Assembly: GCA_965223415.1 (NCBI GenBank)
Contig: OZ245002.1
Coordinates: forward strand, 2,176,001 to 2,240,000
Length of the DNA: 64,000 nucleotides
Reading direction: 5' to 3'
From: Myxococcota bacterium
Lineage (GTDB): Bacteria; Myxococcota_A; UBA9160; UBA6930
Shown: positions 1 through 9,186 of the stretch, piece after piece
How the letters are laid out: every line of letters begins with the position of its first letter
How positions within the stretch are numbered: the stretch's first letter is position 1
Notes under the pieces: generated by a model
What the model was told of the DNA's origin: nothing
Seen by the model: only the letters and a program-made list of their open reading frames with translations
The model's database searches: none
Position numbers and translations under genes: made by a program

Positions 1-1
1 G

Positions 2-247
2 CGCTTCCAGTTCATCGACGGCTATGCGATCCACGTCCACGTCTACCGGGCCGACGCCCACGAGGGCGAGCCGCGGGAGACCGACGAGGCCGTGCCGTTC
101 TGGTTCGACGTGGACCGCATCCCCTACCAGGAGATGTGGGAGGACGACGAGCTGTGGCTGCCTCTCGTCTTCGCCGGGACGCGCTTCGACGGATGCTACG
201 TCTTCGACGACGACCGCATGCTGGACCACGAGCTGGTGATCGGCTGA
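2..247 (+). CDS. NUDIX hydrolase, 8-oxo-dGTP diphosphatase (MTH1/NUDT1-like), 3' part only
   Basis: Frame from base 2 reads RFQFIDGYAIHVHVYRADAHEGEPRETDEAVPFWFDVDRIPYQEMWEDDELWLP...IG*; the 'ETDEAxPxWF..D.IPY..MW.DD..WLP' tail is typical of MTH1-like NUDIX enzymes. Runs off the window edge. Confidence 0.8.
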   Translation, partial: RFQFIDGYAIHVHVYRADAHEGEPRETDEAVPFWFDVDRIPYQEMWEDDELWLPLVFAGTRFDGCYVFDDDRMLDHELVIG

Positions 248-250
248 CGC

Positions 251-661
251 TCACGCCTCGGGCTGGCGGAACTCCATGTCGTCCATGGTCCAGTAGCCGC
301 GCAGGTTCGTGAGGAGCCCCTCGTCGTTGACGCGGTAGGTGAAGAGGCCCTTCACCACCGAGGTCATGCCGTTCTCGAAGCTCGTCGTCAATGTCATGAC
401 GTGGGCCGACTCGCTGCCGGCGGTCCGGGACATCTCCGTGTCGATGCGGATCGTCGCCGGGGCCATCGTGTTGTCGTAGAAGTCCGACACCTCCTGCTTG
501 CCGCGCAGGCCCTTGCCGGTGGGGTTGGTCGGAGCCACGCCGATCGGATCCTCGATGCAGACGTCGTCGGCCATCAGGGCGAGCCAGCCCTCCTTGTCCT
601 TGGCCTGGACGCAGCGCCAGGAGCTGCGGGCGGCGATCATCGCGGGGTGGTCTTCGCTCAT
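251..661 (-). CDS. NTF2/SnoaL-like protein (ketosteroid isomerase-like)
   Basis: C-terminal 136 aa of ORF 251..2182 (MSEDHPAMIAARSSW...WLALMADDVCIEDPIG...TYRVNDEGLLTNLRGYW); GAGGAG RBS upstream. Resembles mycobacterial Rv0760c-type proteins. Confidence 0.8.
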   Translation of the reverse strand: MSEDHPAMIAARSSWRCVQAKDKEGWLALMADDVCIEDPIGVAPTNPTGKGLRGKQEVSDFYDNTMAPATIRIDTEMSRTAGSESAHVMTLTTSFENGMTSVVKGLFTYRVNDEGLLTNLRGYWTMDDMEFRQPEA

Positions 662-684
662 CGTCGTCTCCTCGATCTCGGTCG

Positions 685-2730
685 TCACAGGGCGCAGGCG
701 GCGCGGGCCGCGTCGCTCGTGGCCTTCTGCACGAGGCCCAGGCCCGTGCAGTCTCCCACCGCCTGGGCCGGGACGCCGCGTTCCACCAGGGCATCGTAGA
801 ACGTCGTGTCCGCCTGCACCGCACCTGCGAGGATCACGGTGTCGGCGAGGATCGGCACCTCGCCGCCGTCGGGGCGGGCGGCGATCAGGGCGCTGGGCGT
901 GATGCGCGCCACGGCGAGCCCCGTGTTCACCGGCACGCCGGCGCGGTCGAGCCGCTCCAGGTGCTCCATCCTCCGCTTCGGCCCGACCTCCGGTGCCAGC
1001 TCGTCCCCGGGCTCGAGCACGGAGACCCGATGCCGGCGCGCGGCGAGGAACTCGGCCAGCTCGAGAGCGGCCAGATCGCCGCCGACGATCACGACGCGGC
1101 GGCCGAGGGGCGTGCCCAACCGGGTGGCGTGGCGCAGGACCGAGGGCCCGAGCAGGGGCTCGGCAAGGCCGGCGAGGCGGGAGCCCAGGCGCAGCCAGGG
1201 AGAGGCGGTGCCCTCGCCGGAGCCCGCCAGCAGGGCCCGCAGCCGCGCGCCGCTCCAGACGTGGGGCAGGTCGTCGCCGGGCACGGGCGGTGTCACGAGC
1301 CGTCCGCCGGTCGCGACGATCACGGCGTCCGCGCCGCGGCCGGCTACGGCGTCCGCGGTGGCCGGGGTGCCCAGCTCGATCCGCACGCCGAGTCGCTTCA
1401 CCTCGCGTTGCAGGAAGTCGAGGAAAGGCTGGTTCTCCGGGTGCACCGTGCAGGCCAGGCCGAAGGCGCCGCCCAGTCGGCGCGAGCGCTCGAGCAGGGT
1501 GACGTCGTGGCCGCGAGCCGCCGCGACCCGCGCCGCCTCCAGGCCACCGGGGCCGCCGCCGATCACGAGGACGCGCTTGGGCTCCGCGGCGGGTGTGAGG
1601 GAGAGCTCGCGCTCGCGACCGGTCAGCGGATTGACGGCGCAATCCATCGAGAGCCGGGTCTCCATCGCGTCGATGCAGTTCTGGCAGGAGATGCAGCGGC
1701 GGATCTCGGCGAGGCGTCCGGACCGGGCCTTGGCGGGGAGCTCCGGGTCGGCGAGCAGCGGGCGCCCCATCACGATGAAGTCCGCGCTTCCCTCGGAGAG
1801 GATGCGCTCTGCCCGGACCGGGTCGTGGATGCGGCCCACGACCAGGACCGGCACGTCCACCGCGCGCTTCACCGCGGCGGCCGCGGCGACGTTCAGGCCG
1901 TCCGGATCGTGGGCGCCGTTCACCATGCGCGTCACCAGGCGGTCGATCACGCCGCCGCTCACGTGGAAGGCGTCGACGCCGGCCTCCGCCAGCGCGGGGG
2001 CCAGCCGCGCCGTGTCGTCGCTCGGGCGGCCTCCGGCCACGCGCTCGAAGCCGGAGATGCGCAGGGTCAGCGGAAACTCGCGACCGGTCTCCCGCTTGAT
2101 GACGTCGACGGCCTCGACCACGGCGCGAATGCGCGTCTCCCGCGCCCGGGCCGAGTAGCCGTCCCGCCGCGCGTTGCGCCACGGCGTGACGTACGAGCCC
2201 AGCAGCATGTAGCCGTGGGCTGCGTGGAGCTCGATGCCGTCGTAGCCGGCCTCGCGCACGCGCACGGCGGCGGCGCGGTAGGCGTCGAGGATGGCCCGCC
2301 AGTCCGCTTCGCCGATCTCGCGGGAGGTGGTGCCGGTCAGGTACGACTGGATGGCCGAGGGCCCGAGCGCGTCGATGCCGTGGATCTCCGGGGCCAGGCC
2401 GTCCGGGCCCGCGTGGCAGAGCTGGGGCTGCACCGCGGCGCCCGCCGCGTGGATGCGATCGACCAGCTCCCGGTGGGGTGCCACCACCGCGTCGTCGCCG
2501 AAGTGGAGGGAGTTCGGCACCTCCTTGTGACGGCCGTCCACCGACGAGGCGCCCAGGGTGATCAGTCCGACACCGCCCCGCGCGCGGGCTTCCAAGTAGG
2601 CGATCGTGCGGGCCGAGGGCAGGCCGTCCGGCGTTCCGTACTGGTTCTCCATCGGCGACATGACGAGCCGGTTCCGGAGGGCCAGGCGGCCGATCCGACC
2701 CGGCCGGAAGAGCTCGGTCAGCGCCGCCAA
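685..2730 (-). CDS. NADH:flavin oxidoreductase (OYE + 4Fe-4S + FAD domains; FadH/BaiCD-like)
   Basis: LRNRLVMSPM start, ELHAAHGY catalytic motif, CISCQNC...CAVNP Fe-S motif, VLVIGGGPGGLEAA FAD-binding motif; TTG start. Confidence 0.9.
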   Translation of the reverse strand: MAALTELFRPGRIGRLALRNRLVMSPMENQYGTPDGLPSARTIAYLEARARGGVGLITLGASSVDGRHKEVPNSLHFGDDAVVAPHRELVDRIHAAGAAVQPQLCHAGPDGLAPEIHGIDALGPSAIQSYLTGTTSREIGEADWRAILDAYRAAAVRVREAGYDGIELHAAHGYMLLGSYVTPWRNARRDGYSARARETRIRAVVEAVDVIKRETGREFPLTLRISGFERVAGGRPSDDTARLAPALAEAGVDAFHVSGGVIDRLVTRMVNGAHDPDGLNVAAAAAVKRAVDVPVLVVGRIHDPVRAERILSEGSADFIVMGRPLLADPELPAKARSGRLAEIRRCISCQNCIDAMETRLSMDCAVNPLTGRERELSLTPAAEPKRVLVIGGGPGGLEAARVAAARGHDVTLLERSRRLGGAFGLACTVHPENQPFLDFLQREVKRLGVRIELGTPATADAVAGRGADAVIVATGGRLVTPPVPGDDLPHVWSGARLRALLAGSGEGTASPWLRLGSRLAGLAEPLLGPSVLRHATRLGTPLGRRVVIVGGDLAALELAEFLAARRHRVSVLEPGDELAPEVGPKRRMEHLERLDRAGVPVNTGLAVARITPSALIAARPDGGEVPILADTVILAGAVQADTTFYDALVERGVPAQAVGDCTGLGLVQKATSDAARAACAL

Positions 2731-2733
2731 GGC

Positions 2734-4191
2734 TCAGCCCCAGGGCGGCGTCGCGGCGGCCGCGCGCCCGGCCAGCCGGCCGAAGAAGCTCGCGTCGCCG
2801 ATCGACAGACCGCTCGCATAGGTGCGCCCCTCCCGCGGCAGGCCCGCGGTGCAGCGGCCCGCCGCATAGAGGCCGGCGATCGCCGTGCCATCCGCGTCGA
2901 GCACCTCACCGGTGGGCGTCACGCGCAGGCCGCCGAGGGTGAAGACGCCGAAGATCGAGTTGTCCGTGCTGCAATCGAGGGCGCCGAAGGGCGGCCGGGC
3001 GAGCGGGCGCAGGTACTTGGGCCGCTTGTGGTAGAAGGGATCGCGACCGTCCGCCGCCGCCGCGTTGTAGGCGGCCATGGTGGCGACGAGGCTCCCGGGC
3101 GGCAGCCCGAGGGCCTTCTCCAGGGCTTCGAAGCTCTCCTCCACTGCCGCGATCTTGTGAAAGGACTGGGTCTGGCCGTGGATCTCGTCGTCCACGATCA
3201 GGAAGGCCCGGCCCTCGGCCTTGAAGATGATCGCGTCGCTGGTACGGCCCAGGTAGGCGTCCTCGTTGACGAAGCGCTGCCCCCGGCCGTCGACCAGCAC
3301 GCCCATGAGGTGCGACTCCGGCGGATAGTAGGCATTCAGCACGAGACCTTCGCTCATGTTGATCGCCTCGCCCCCTGCGGCCTGGCCCATCAGGATGCCC
3401 GAGCCGTCGTCTCCGTCGGTGGCGACCGGGTAGTTGCACTGGAGCAGGTAGGGCGCGTGGCGCGCCACCATCTCCCGGTTCTTGACGAAGCCGCCGGTGG
3501 CGAGCACGACGCCCCGGCTCGCGCGGACGAAGATGCGCTGGCGCTCGCGCAGGGCGACGATGCCGCCGACGCGGCCGGCCCCGTCCACCACCAGTCGCTC
3601 GCCGCGGCACTCGTTCACGACCGTCGCGCCGGCGGAGAGCGTCGCTGCCAACACCGCCTCCATCAGCACGCCGCCCGCCTCACCCTCCCGGGCGGGCTTG
3701 TGGCCGCGGGGAACCGGTCGCGCCTCGTCGCAGAACGGCCAGGCCTCCTCGTTGCCGCTGAACGAGAGGCACTCGTCGGTGAAGGGGTGGGTCGTCTTCG
3801 CCGCGTGGAAGCTCTCGTTGAAGGGGACGCCCAGGTCGACGAACCACTGGAAGTGCTCGAGGCTGTGCTCGCAGTAGAGGCGCACCCGCTCGGCGTCGGC
3901 CTGCTCGCCCGCTGCCAGGCGCACGTAGGCCTCCATGTCCTCGACGTTGTCCTCGAAGCCGCAGGCCTTCTGGATCGGGGTGCCGCCGCCGAAGTAGGTG
4001 ATTCCGGTCGAGAGCGCGGTGGCGCCTCCGCCGCGGGTCATTCGCTCGAGCACGAGCACCGAGGCGCCGGCTCGCGCCGCCTCGATCGCTGCCGCGCCGC
4101 CGGCCACGCCCTGCCCCAGCACGACAACCTCCGCCTCGAGGTCCCAGGCGGGCACCTCACCCAGGCGGAAGGGGCGCGTGGTGGCGTCCAC
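2734..4191 (-). CDS. FAD-dependent 3-ketosteroid dehydrogenase family, most like delta4-(5alpha)-dehydrogenase
   Basis: GQGVAGGAAA FAD motif, GGATALSTGITYFGGGTPIQ, VVLATGGF, FTLGGL, GLYAAG and a Y-x-S-G (YASGLSIGD) motif. GTG start inferred. Confidence 0.75.
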   Translation of the reverse strand: MDATTRPFRLGEVPAWDLEAEVVVLGQGVAGGAAAIEAARAGASVLVLERMTRGGGATALSTGITYFGGGTPIQKACGFEDNVEDMEAYVRLAAGEQADAERVRLYCEHSLEHFQWFVDLGVPFNESFHAAKTTHPFTDECLSFSGNEEAWPFCDEARPVPRGHKPAREGEAGGVLMEAVLAATLSAGATVVNECRGERLVVDGAGRVGGIVALRERQRIFVRASRGVVLATGGFVKNREMVARHAPYLLQCNYPVATDGDDGSGILMGQAAGGEAINMSEGLVLNAYYPPESHLMGVLVDGRGQRFVNEDAYLGRTSDAIIFKAEGRAFLIVDDEIHGQTQSFHKIAAVEESFEALEKALGLPPGSLVATMAAYNAAAADGRDPFYHKRPKYLRPLARPPFGALDCSTDNSIFGVFTLGGLRVTPTGEVLDADGTAIAGLYAAGRCTAGLPREGRTYASGLSIGDASFFGRLAGRAAAATPPWG

Positions 4192-4195
4192 GGCC

Positions 4196-4921
4196 TCAGC
4201 GCACCTTCTTGCTGTACTTGCCCGCCTCGTGGTTGACGATCTCGGCATCCGTGTCCCGTTCGAGGCCGTGCTCGTGCACGTAGTCTCCTGGGGCAGCGGC
4301 GTAGTCCACGCGCTCTTTGCCCATGCGGATCTTCCAGCGGCAGTGAGGCTCGTCCGGGCTCGCTCGCGGCGGCAGCTTCACCGGGTCGATGCGGATCTTC
4401 TCGTTCCAGCGCGCCGCGCCGTGGCGGAAGCCGAACAGCTCGAGGTGGCCGCAGATCTTGTCGCACATGTACGCCATGACCTCGGGGCCTTCCCGCTCGC
4501 CGGTCTCGGGCACGTCGCACTGGGGTGTGCGCATCTCCCACCCGCCTTCGCCGGCCGGCTCGAAGCGCAGCGTCATGCGCGTCGACATGGCGGGGAGGCA
4601 CTGCCACACCTTCATCGCGGTCGTCTCGGCATCCTCCTCGGCGAAGCCCATCAGGCTCGAGATCAGTTCGTTCTCGTGGTCGCCGGCGCCGCCCTCGCCG
4701 AACCACACCTGATGATGGATCTCGTCCGCCACCTCCGCGCCCAGGCGCTTGGCGACTTCGCGGTACCAGAGCCGATTCACGGTTCCGTAGATCGAGCCGC
4801 CCACCTCGACGAGCTTCATCAGCCCTTCCCTTGAGAAGTCCGAGAGGTGGAGATCGGGCTGGAAGGGCCCGCTGTAGTCGTCGAGCTCGAGGGAGGGCCG
4901 GTCAGGCTTCTGGCTCTTCAT
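4196..4921 (-). CDS. Conserved hypothetical protein, Cys/His motif domain (DDYSGPF...C...C..LE...PHCRW)
   Basis: MKSQKPDRPSLELDDYSGPFQPDLHLSDFSREGL...; ATG overlaps the stop of the upstream ligase; shares motifs with 14259..15506. Confidence 0.75.
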   Translation of the reverse strand: MKSQKPDRPSLELDDYSGPFQPDLHLSDFSREGLMKLVEVGGSIYGTVNRLWYREVAKRLGAEVADEIHHQVWFGEGGAGDHENELISSLMGFAEEDAETTAMKVWQCLPAMSTRMTLRFEPAGEGGWEMRTPQCDVPETGEREGPEVMAYMCDKICGHLELFGFRHGAARWNEKIRIDPVKLPPRASPDEPHCRWKIRMGKERVDYAAAPGDYVHEHGLERDTDAEIVNHEAGKYSKKVR

Positions 4922-6528
4922 CAGCGCTCGACCCGGAAGCCCGCGGCCTGGCCGTCCCAGGTCGCGTCGGTCACGCCGCGCTCGCGCAGCTTGAACTTCT
5001 GGACGCGGCCCGTCGGTGTCTGGGGCAGCTCGTCGACCAGCTCGATGTAGCGCGGCACGAAGAAGTAGGGCGCCGTGTCGTTGACGAAGCGGGCCAGCTC
5101 CTCCTCGGTCGCCTGCTCGCTCGGCTTCAGGATCACGCAGGCCTTGATCTCGGCCTCGGCGGCGAGCTGCTCTGACGTGACGCCGTGGACCGCGCACTGG
5201 GCCACCGCCGGGTGGGCCGACAGCGCCGCCTCCACCGCGAACGAGGAGATGTTCCGTCCCTTGAAGCGGATGAAGTCCGCCTTGCGGTCGACGAAGAAGT
5301 AGTACCCGTCCTCGTCCTGCCGGCCGAGATCGCCGGTGTGGTACCAGAGATTGCTCCAGGACCTGACCGTCGCCTCCGGGTTGCGCCAGTAGCCGTTGAA
5401 GATGGCGTAGGGCTCGTTCGGCCGGATGCAGAACTCGCCGGGCTCACCGACCGGCACCGGGCGATCATCATCGTCGAGCAGCGTCACCTCGATGCCCTCG
5501 ATCGGTTCGCCCACCGAGTTCGGCGGGTAGTCCACGTCGAGCTTGCGGTTCATGAGCGCCATCACCTCGCTCTGTCCGTAGCCCTGGGGGATGTCCTCGA
5601 GGCCGAAGCGCTCCTTGAAGACCGGCACCAGGTGTTCCGGGGTCGGCACGAAGCCGGCCACCCGCACCGGGTTGTCCGCGTCGTCGTCGCGCTCCTCTGC
5701 GTTCAGCAGGAACATGTGCATGGCGCCGAGGGTGAAGACCATGGTGGCGCCGTAGTGCCGCGTGCGATTCCAGAAGTCGCGGGCGGAGAAGGCCGGGTCC
5801 ATGGCGCAGGGCAGCCCCGCCACCAGCGCTCGGTAGACATTCGCCACCCAGGCAGCGGACTGGTACATGGGCAGGCAGTTGTAGATGACGTCGCCCTCGC
5901 GGGCGCCGGCGTTCTCGGCGCCGTGGACCGCGGCGCGGATCCAGACGTTGTGGCTCTGCATCACGCCCTTGGACCGGCCGGTGGTGCCGGAGGTCCAGAG
6001 CACGGCGGCGGTCTCGCCGTAGCTGCGGTCCGCGTCGTCGGGCTCACCGTCCGGCTTCGCCCAGAGCTCCTCAAGGGGAAGCTGGGGCACGCCCAGGTCC
6101 ACGCCGCCCGCGTCGCCCCGCACGTACACGCGCTCGAAGGGGTGCTCGCTCAGCTCGGCGACCCGCTCGAGCAGCGCGCCGTCGGCCACCAGCACCTTGG
6201 CGGCGCCGTCTTCGAAGGACTCGGCCAGCCAGCGCCCCTTGTAGTCGACGTTGGTGGGTACCCAGATGCCGCCGAGCTTGTTCAGGCCGAGGGTCGACCA
6301 GACCCAGTCCGGGCAGGTGTTCATCAGGAAGGAGACCGTGTCGCCCGGCCCCACGCCGGCCTCCCGGAAGCCCCGGGCGCTGGCGTTGGCCAGCTCGTTC
6401 ACGCGGCCGTAGGAGAAGTGCTCCTCGTCCCAGACGATGAAGTCGGCGTCGGGCCGATCCTCGGCCTGGCGGCGCAGGCAGCGGCCGAGCAGGCGATCCC
6501 GGGGGTCGGTGAGGTCGAGCAGGTTCAT
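4921..6528 (-). CDS. ATP-dependent acyl-CoA ligase (CaiC-like)
   Basis: WTSGTTGRSKG P-loop, GYGQSE, YHTGDLG, FVDRKADFIRFKGRNISS, PQTPTGRVQK. Confidence 0.92.
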   Translation of the reverse strand: MNLLDLTDPRDRLLGRCLRRQAEDRPDADFIVWDEEHFSYGRVNELANASARGFREAGVGPGDTVSFLMNTCPDWVWSTLGLNKLGGIWVPTNVDYKGRWLAESFEDGAAKVLVADGALLERVAELSEHPFERVYVRGDAGGVDLGVPQLPLEELWAKPDGEPDDADRSYGETAAVLWTSGTTGRSKGVMQSHNVWIRAAVHGAENAGAREGDVIYNCLPMYQSAAWVANVYRALVAGLPCAMDPAFSARDFWNRTRHYGATMVFTLGAMHMFLLNAEERDDDADNPVRVAGFVPTPEHLVPVFKERFGLEDIPQGYGQSEVMALMNRKLDVDYPPNSVGEPIEGIEVTLLDDDDRPVPVGEPGEFCIRPNEPYAIFNGYWRNPEATVRSWSNLWYHTGDLGRQDEDGYYFFVDRKADFIRFKGRNISSFAVEAALSAHPAVAQCAVHGVTSEQLAAEAEIKACVILKPSEQATEEELARFVNDTAPYFFVPRYIELVDELPQTPTGRVQKFKLRERGVTDATWDGQAAGFRVER

Positions 6529-6537
6529 GGCGGTCTC

Positions 6538-7728
6538 CTAGAGCCGGATGGGTACCTTGGCATAGCCCCGAACCGTGCTCGTGTGAACCCGCTCGGTCTC
6601 CTCCCAGGCGACGTCCCACTCCGGGAAGCGTTTCAGGGTCTCCTCGATGGCCACCCGGCTCTCCATCCGGGCCAGGGAGGCGCCCAGACAGAAGTGGACG
6701 CCGAGGCCCAGGGAGAGGTGCCGATCGATACGCCGCTCCACGTCGAAGCGGTCCGGGTCCGGGTACTCGCGGTCGTCGCGCCCCGCCGAGCCGGTGAGGA
6801 GCAGTACCTTGCTGCCCTCCCGGAGCTTCTCGCCGTGGAGCTCGACGTCGCGGGTGAGCCGGCGCGCCTGCACCGGCGAGGGCGCCTCGTAGCGCAGCAG
6901 CTCCTCCACCGCGTTCGGGATTTTCGACGGGTCACGCACGAGCTTCTGCCGCTGCTCCGGGTTGCGCGCGAAGGTCGTCGCAACCCAGCCGAGGAGCCGG
7001 GCCACGGTCTCGTTGCCGGCGCCGGAGAGCAGCCCGATGAAGGCCAGGAGCTCGACGTCGGTGAGCTTACGGGTCGTTCCGTCCGCGAGCGGGATCTCGG
7101 ACTGGAGCAGCACCGTCATGATGTCGTCCCGGGGCGACTTGCGGCGCTCCTCGACGTACTGGGCGAAGTAGCCCCACAGCTTCTGGCTCACCTCCTCGTG
7201 CTTCTCCGCCATGTCGGTCTGGCCCTCATCGCGGTGCAGCAGCGCGTCGGTCCAGTGGCGGATGTCGTCCCGGTCCTCTTCGGGAACGCCGAGGAGTGTG
7301 CTGATCACCATCACCGGCAGCTTCGCCCCGAAGTCCTCCAGGTAGTCGAAGCCGCTCTTGCCCACCTGCTCGTCCAGGTAGCGGCAGGCGATGGCCCGGA
7401 TCTGCGGCTCGAGGGCGCGGATGCGCCGGGGCGAGAAGCCGCGGCTCACGAGCTTGCGCAGCTCGGTGTGTTCCGGGCGATCCTTGAAGATCATCATCGG
7501 CGAGGCGTTCGGCTCGTCGCCGATCAGCTCGAGCACCGTTCCGTAGGCCGAGCTGAAGGTGCGGTCCTCGAGGGAGGCGTGCATCACGTCCTGGAAGCGG
7601 GAGAGCGCCCAGAAATCGTACTCGTCGTTCCGGTAGAGCGGCGCCTCGTCGCGCATTCGCTTCCAGACCGGATGCGGGTTCTCGTCGATCTCGTAGTCGT
7701 AGGGGTCGTAGTACAGGTCGCCGGTCAT
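6538..7728 (-). CDS. Cytochrome P450 (CYP123/CYP189-like bacterial type)
   Basis: MTGDLYYDPYDYEIDENPHP start, I-helix GAGNETV, EELLR (ExxR), heme motif LGLGVHFCLGASLAR. Confidence 0.93.
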   Translation of the reverse strand: MTGDLYYDPYDYEIDENPHPVWKRMRDEAPLYRNDEYDFWALSRFQDVMHASLEDRTFSSAYGTVLELIGDEPNASPMMIFKDRPEHTELRKLVSRGFSPRRIRALEPQIRAIACRYLDEQVGKSGFDYLEDFGAKLPVMVISTLLGVPEEDRDDIRHWTDALLHRDEGQTDMAEKHEEVSQKLWGYFAQYVEERRKSPRDDIMTVLLQSEIPLADGTTRKLTDVELLAFIGLLSGAGNETVARLLGWVATTFARNPEQRQKLVRDPSKIPNAVEELLRYEAPSPVQARRLTRDVELHGEKLREGSKVLLLTGSAGRDDREYPDPDRFDVERRIDRHLSLGLGVHFCLGASLARMESRVAIEETLKRFPEWDVAWEETERVHTSTVRGYAKVPIRL

Positions 7729-8339
7729 GCTTCGCCTCCGAGGTTGCGGACCAGGGTGTCCTTGAGGAAATCGAGCTGGGCCGCGGTGCCGCTGCGATCC
7801 GGCGCACCCAGCATGCCGATGGCCGCGATGCCGGCGAGCACCGAGATCGTGTAGCGCTGGAGCGCGAGGCTCCGGCCCGGTGAGAGCCGCGCGTCGGCGA
7901 AGACGCCGTTCCAGATGCCGGTCCACGCCTCGGTCATGCCGCTCTGCCAGTTCGGCAGGTCCTCCGCTTCGCGGCTGCGCTCCACCTGGAGCAGGATCTC
8001 GAAGGTGGATTGGTAGTCGGTGCTTCCGAAGTGGCTCCAGGCGCCGTCGACGAAGGCCGACACCCGCGCGTCCAGCGGCGCGTCCGGCCCGGGCAGCTCG
8101 CCCACCCGCTCCCGGAAGCGCGCGAAGGAATCCTCGAGCACCGCGCGCAGGATGCCGTCCTTGTCGCCGAAGTGGTGCTGCACCGCCCCCCAGGTGACCC
8201 CGGCGCGCCGGGTGATCTCTGCCGCCGTGGTGCGCCCGAAGCCGACCTCGGCGATGCACGCCACCACCGCGTCCATGATCCGGGCGCGGGTCTCCGCGGT
8301 GCGCTCGGCCTGGGTGCGACGGACGGCCTGCGAGGCCAT
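7725..8339 (-). CDS. TetR/AcrR family regulator
   Basis: RRTQAERTAETRARIMDA...GFGRTTAAEITRRAGVTWGAVQHHFGDK HTH. Confidence 0.92.
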   Translation of the reverse strand: MASQAVRRTQAERTAETRARIMDAVVACIAEVGFGRTTAAEITRRAGVTWGAVQHHFGDKDGILRAVLEDSFARFRERVGELPGPDAPLDARVSAFVDGAWSHFGSTDYQSTFEILLQVERSREAEDLPNWQSGMTEAWTGIWNGVFADARLSPGRSLALQRYTISVLAGIAAIGMLGAPDRSGTAAQLDFLKDTLVRNLGGEA

Positions 8340-8369
8340 GGCATCCTCCTACCCGGGGAGCCTACCGCA

Positions 8370-8392
8370 TTTACATTGCAAGCGTTATGGAG
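8370..8392. promoter_or_regulatory. Possible TetR operator/promoter in divergent intergenic region
   Basis: AT-rich TTTACATTGCAAGCGTTATGGAG with imperfect dyad (TTACAT...ATGGAG) between divergent tetR and SDR. Confidence 0.35.
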
Positions 8393-8426
8393 ATGACGTA
8401 GGGTGCCCGCACAACGAGGAGACCCC

Positions 8427-9185
8427 ATGAGCTTCCCGGGCATCGAAGGCAAGGTGGCGATCGTGACCGGCGCCGGCGGCGGCATCGGCGAGGGCTACGC
8501 CAAGGCCCTGGCCGCCGAGGGCGCGAAGGTGGCCGTGGCCGAGATCAAGAAGGAGAACGGCGAGCGCGTGGCCGGGGAGATCCGCGCCTCCGGCGGCGAC
8601 GCGCTCTTCGTCGAGGTGGACGTCGGCAGCGAGGCCTCCACCCTGGCCATGGCCGACGCGGTGACGGGGCAGTATGGCGGGATCGACTTCCTGGTGAACA
8701 ACGCCGCGATCTTCGGCGACATGCAGCTCGCCTCGCTCCTCACCGTCGACCTCGACTACTACAAGAAGTTCATGAACGTGAACATGGACGGGGCGCTGCT
8801 CTGCACCCGCGCCTGTCACCGCAGCATGAAGGAGAGGGGCGGCGGCTCGATCGTGATGCAGTCCTCCACGGCCTCGTGGATGGGTGTCGGCTACTACGGC
8901 CTGGCCAAGCTGGCCATGAACGGACTCACCCACTGCCTCGCCAAGGAGCTCGGCTTTGCCAACATTCGCGTGAACGCCATCGCCCCGGGGCCGACGGATA
9001 CCGAGGCCCTGGGCAAGACGGTGCCGGAGGAGTACAAGAGCCAGCTCGTCTCCTCCCTCGCGCTGCCCCGGCTGGGCCAGCCGGCCGACATGGCGTCCGC
9101 GTGCCTCTTCCTGCTCTCGGACGCCGCCTCCTGGGTGACGGGGCAGATCCTGGCCGTCGACGGCGGCCAGATCGTGCGGGCCTAG
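8427..9185 (+). CDS. SDR family oxidoreductase
   Basis: VTGAGGGIG, NNAAI, YGLAK (YxxxK), VNAIAPG; GAGGAG RBS. Similar in style to mycobacterial Rv0769. Confidence 0.92.
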   Translation: MSFPGIEGKVAIVTGAGGGIGEGYAKALAAEGAKVAVAEIKKENGERVAGEIRASGGDALFVEVDVGSEASTLAMADAVTGQYGGIDFLVNNAAIFGDMQLASLLTVDLDYYKKFMNVNMDGALLCTRACHRSMKERGGGSIVMQSSTASWMGVGYYGLAKLAMNGLTHCLAKELGFANIRVNAIAPGPTDTEALGKTVPEEYKSQLVSSLALPRLGQPADMASACLFLLSDAASWVTGQILAVDGGQIVRA

Positions 9186-9186
9186 C

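Noticed and set aside
961..4236. 1091-aa + strand ORF, and similar giant ORFs at 5185..7854, 20514..24416, 37948..41541 and 37727..42433
   Set aside because: Shadow frames of real genes in high-GC DNA; no recognisable motifs, and they overlap well-supported genes.
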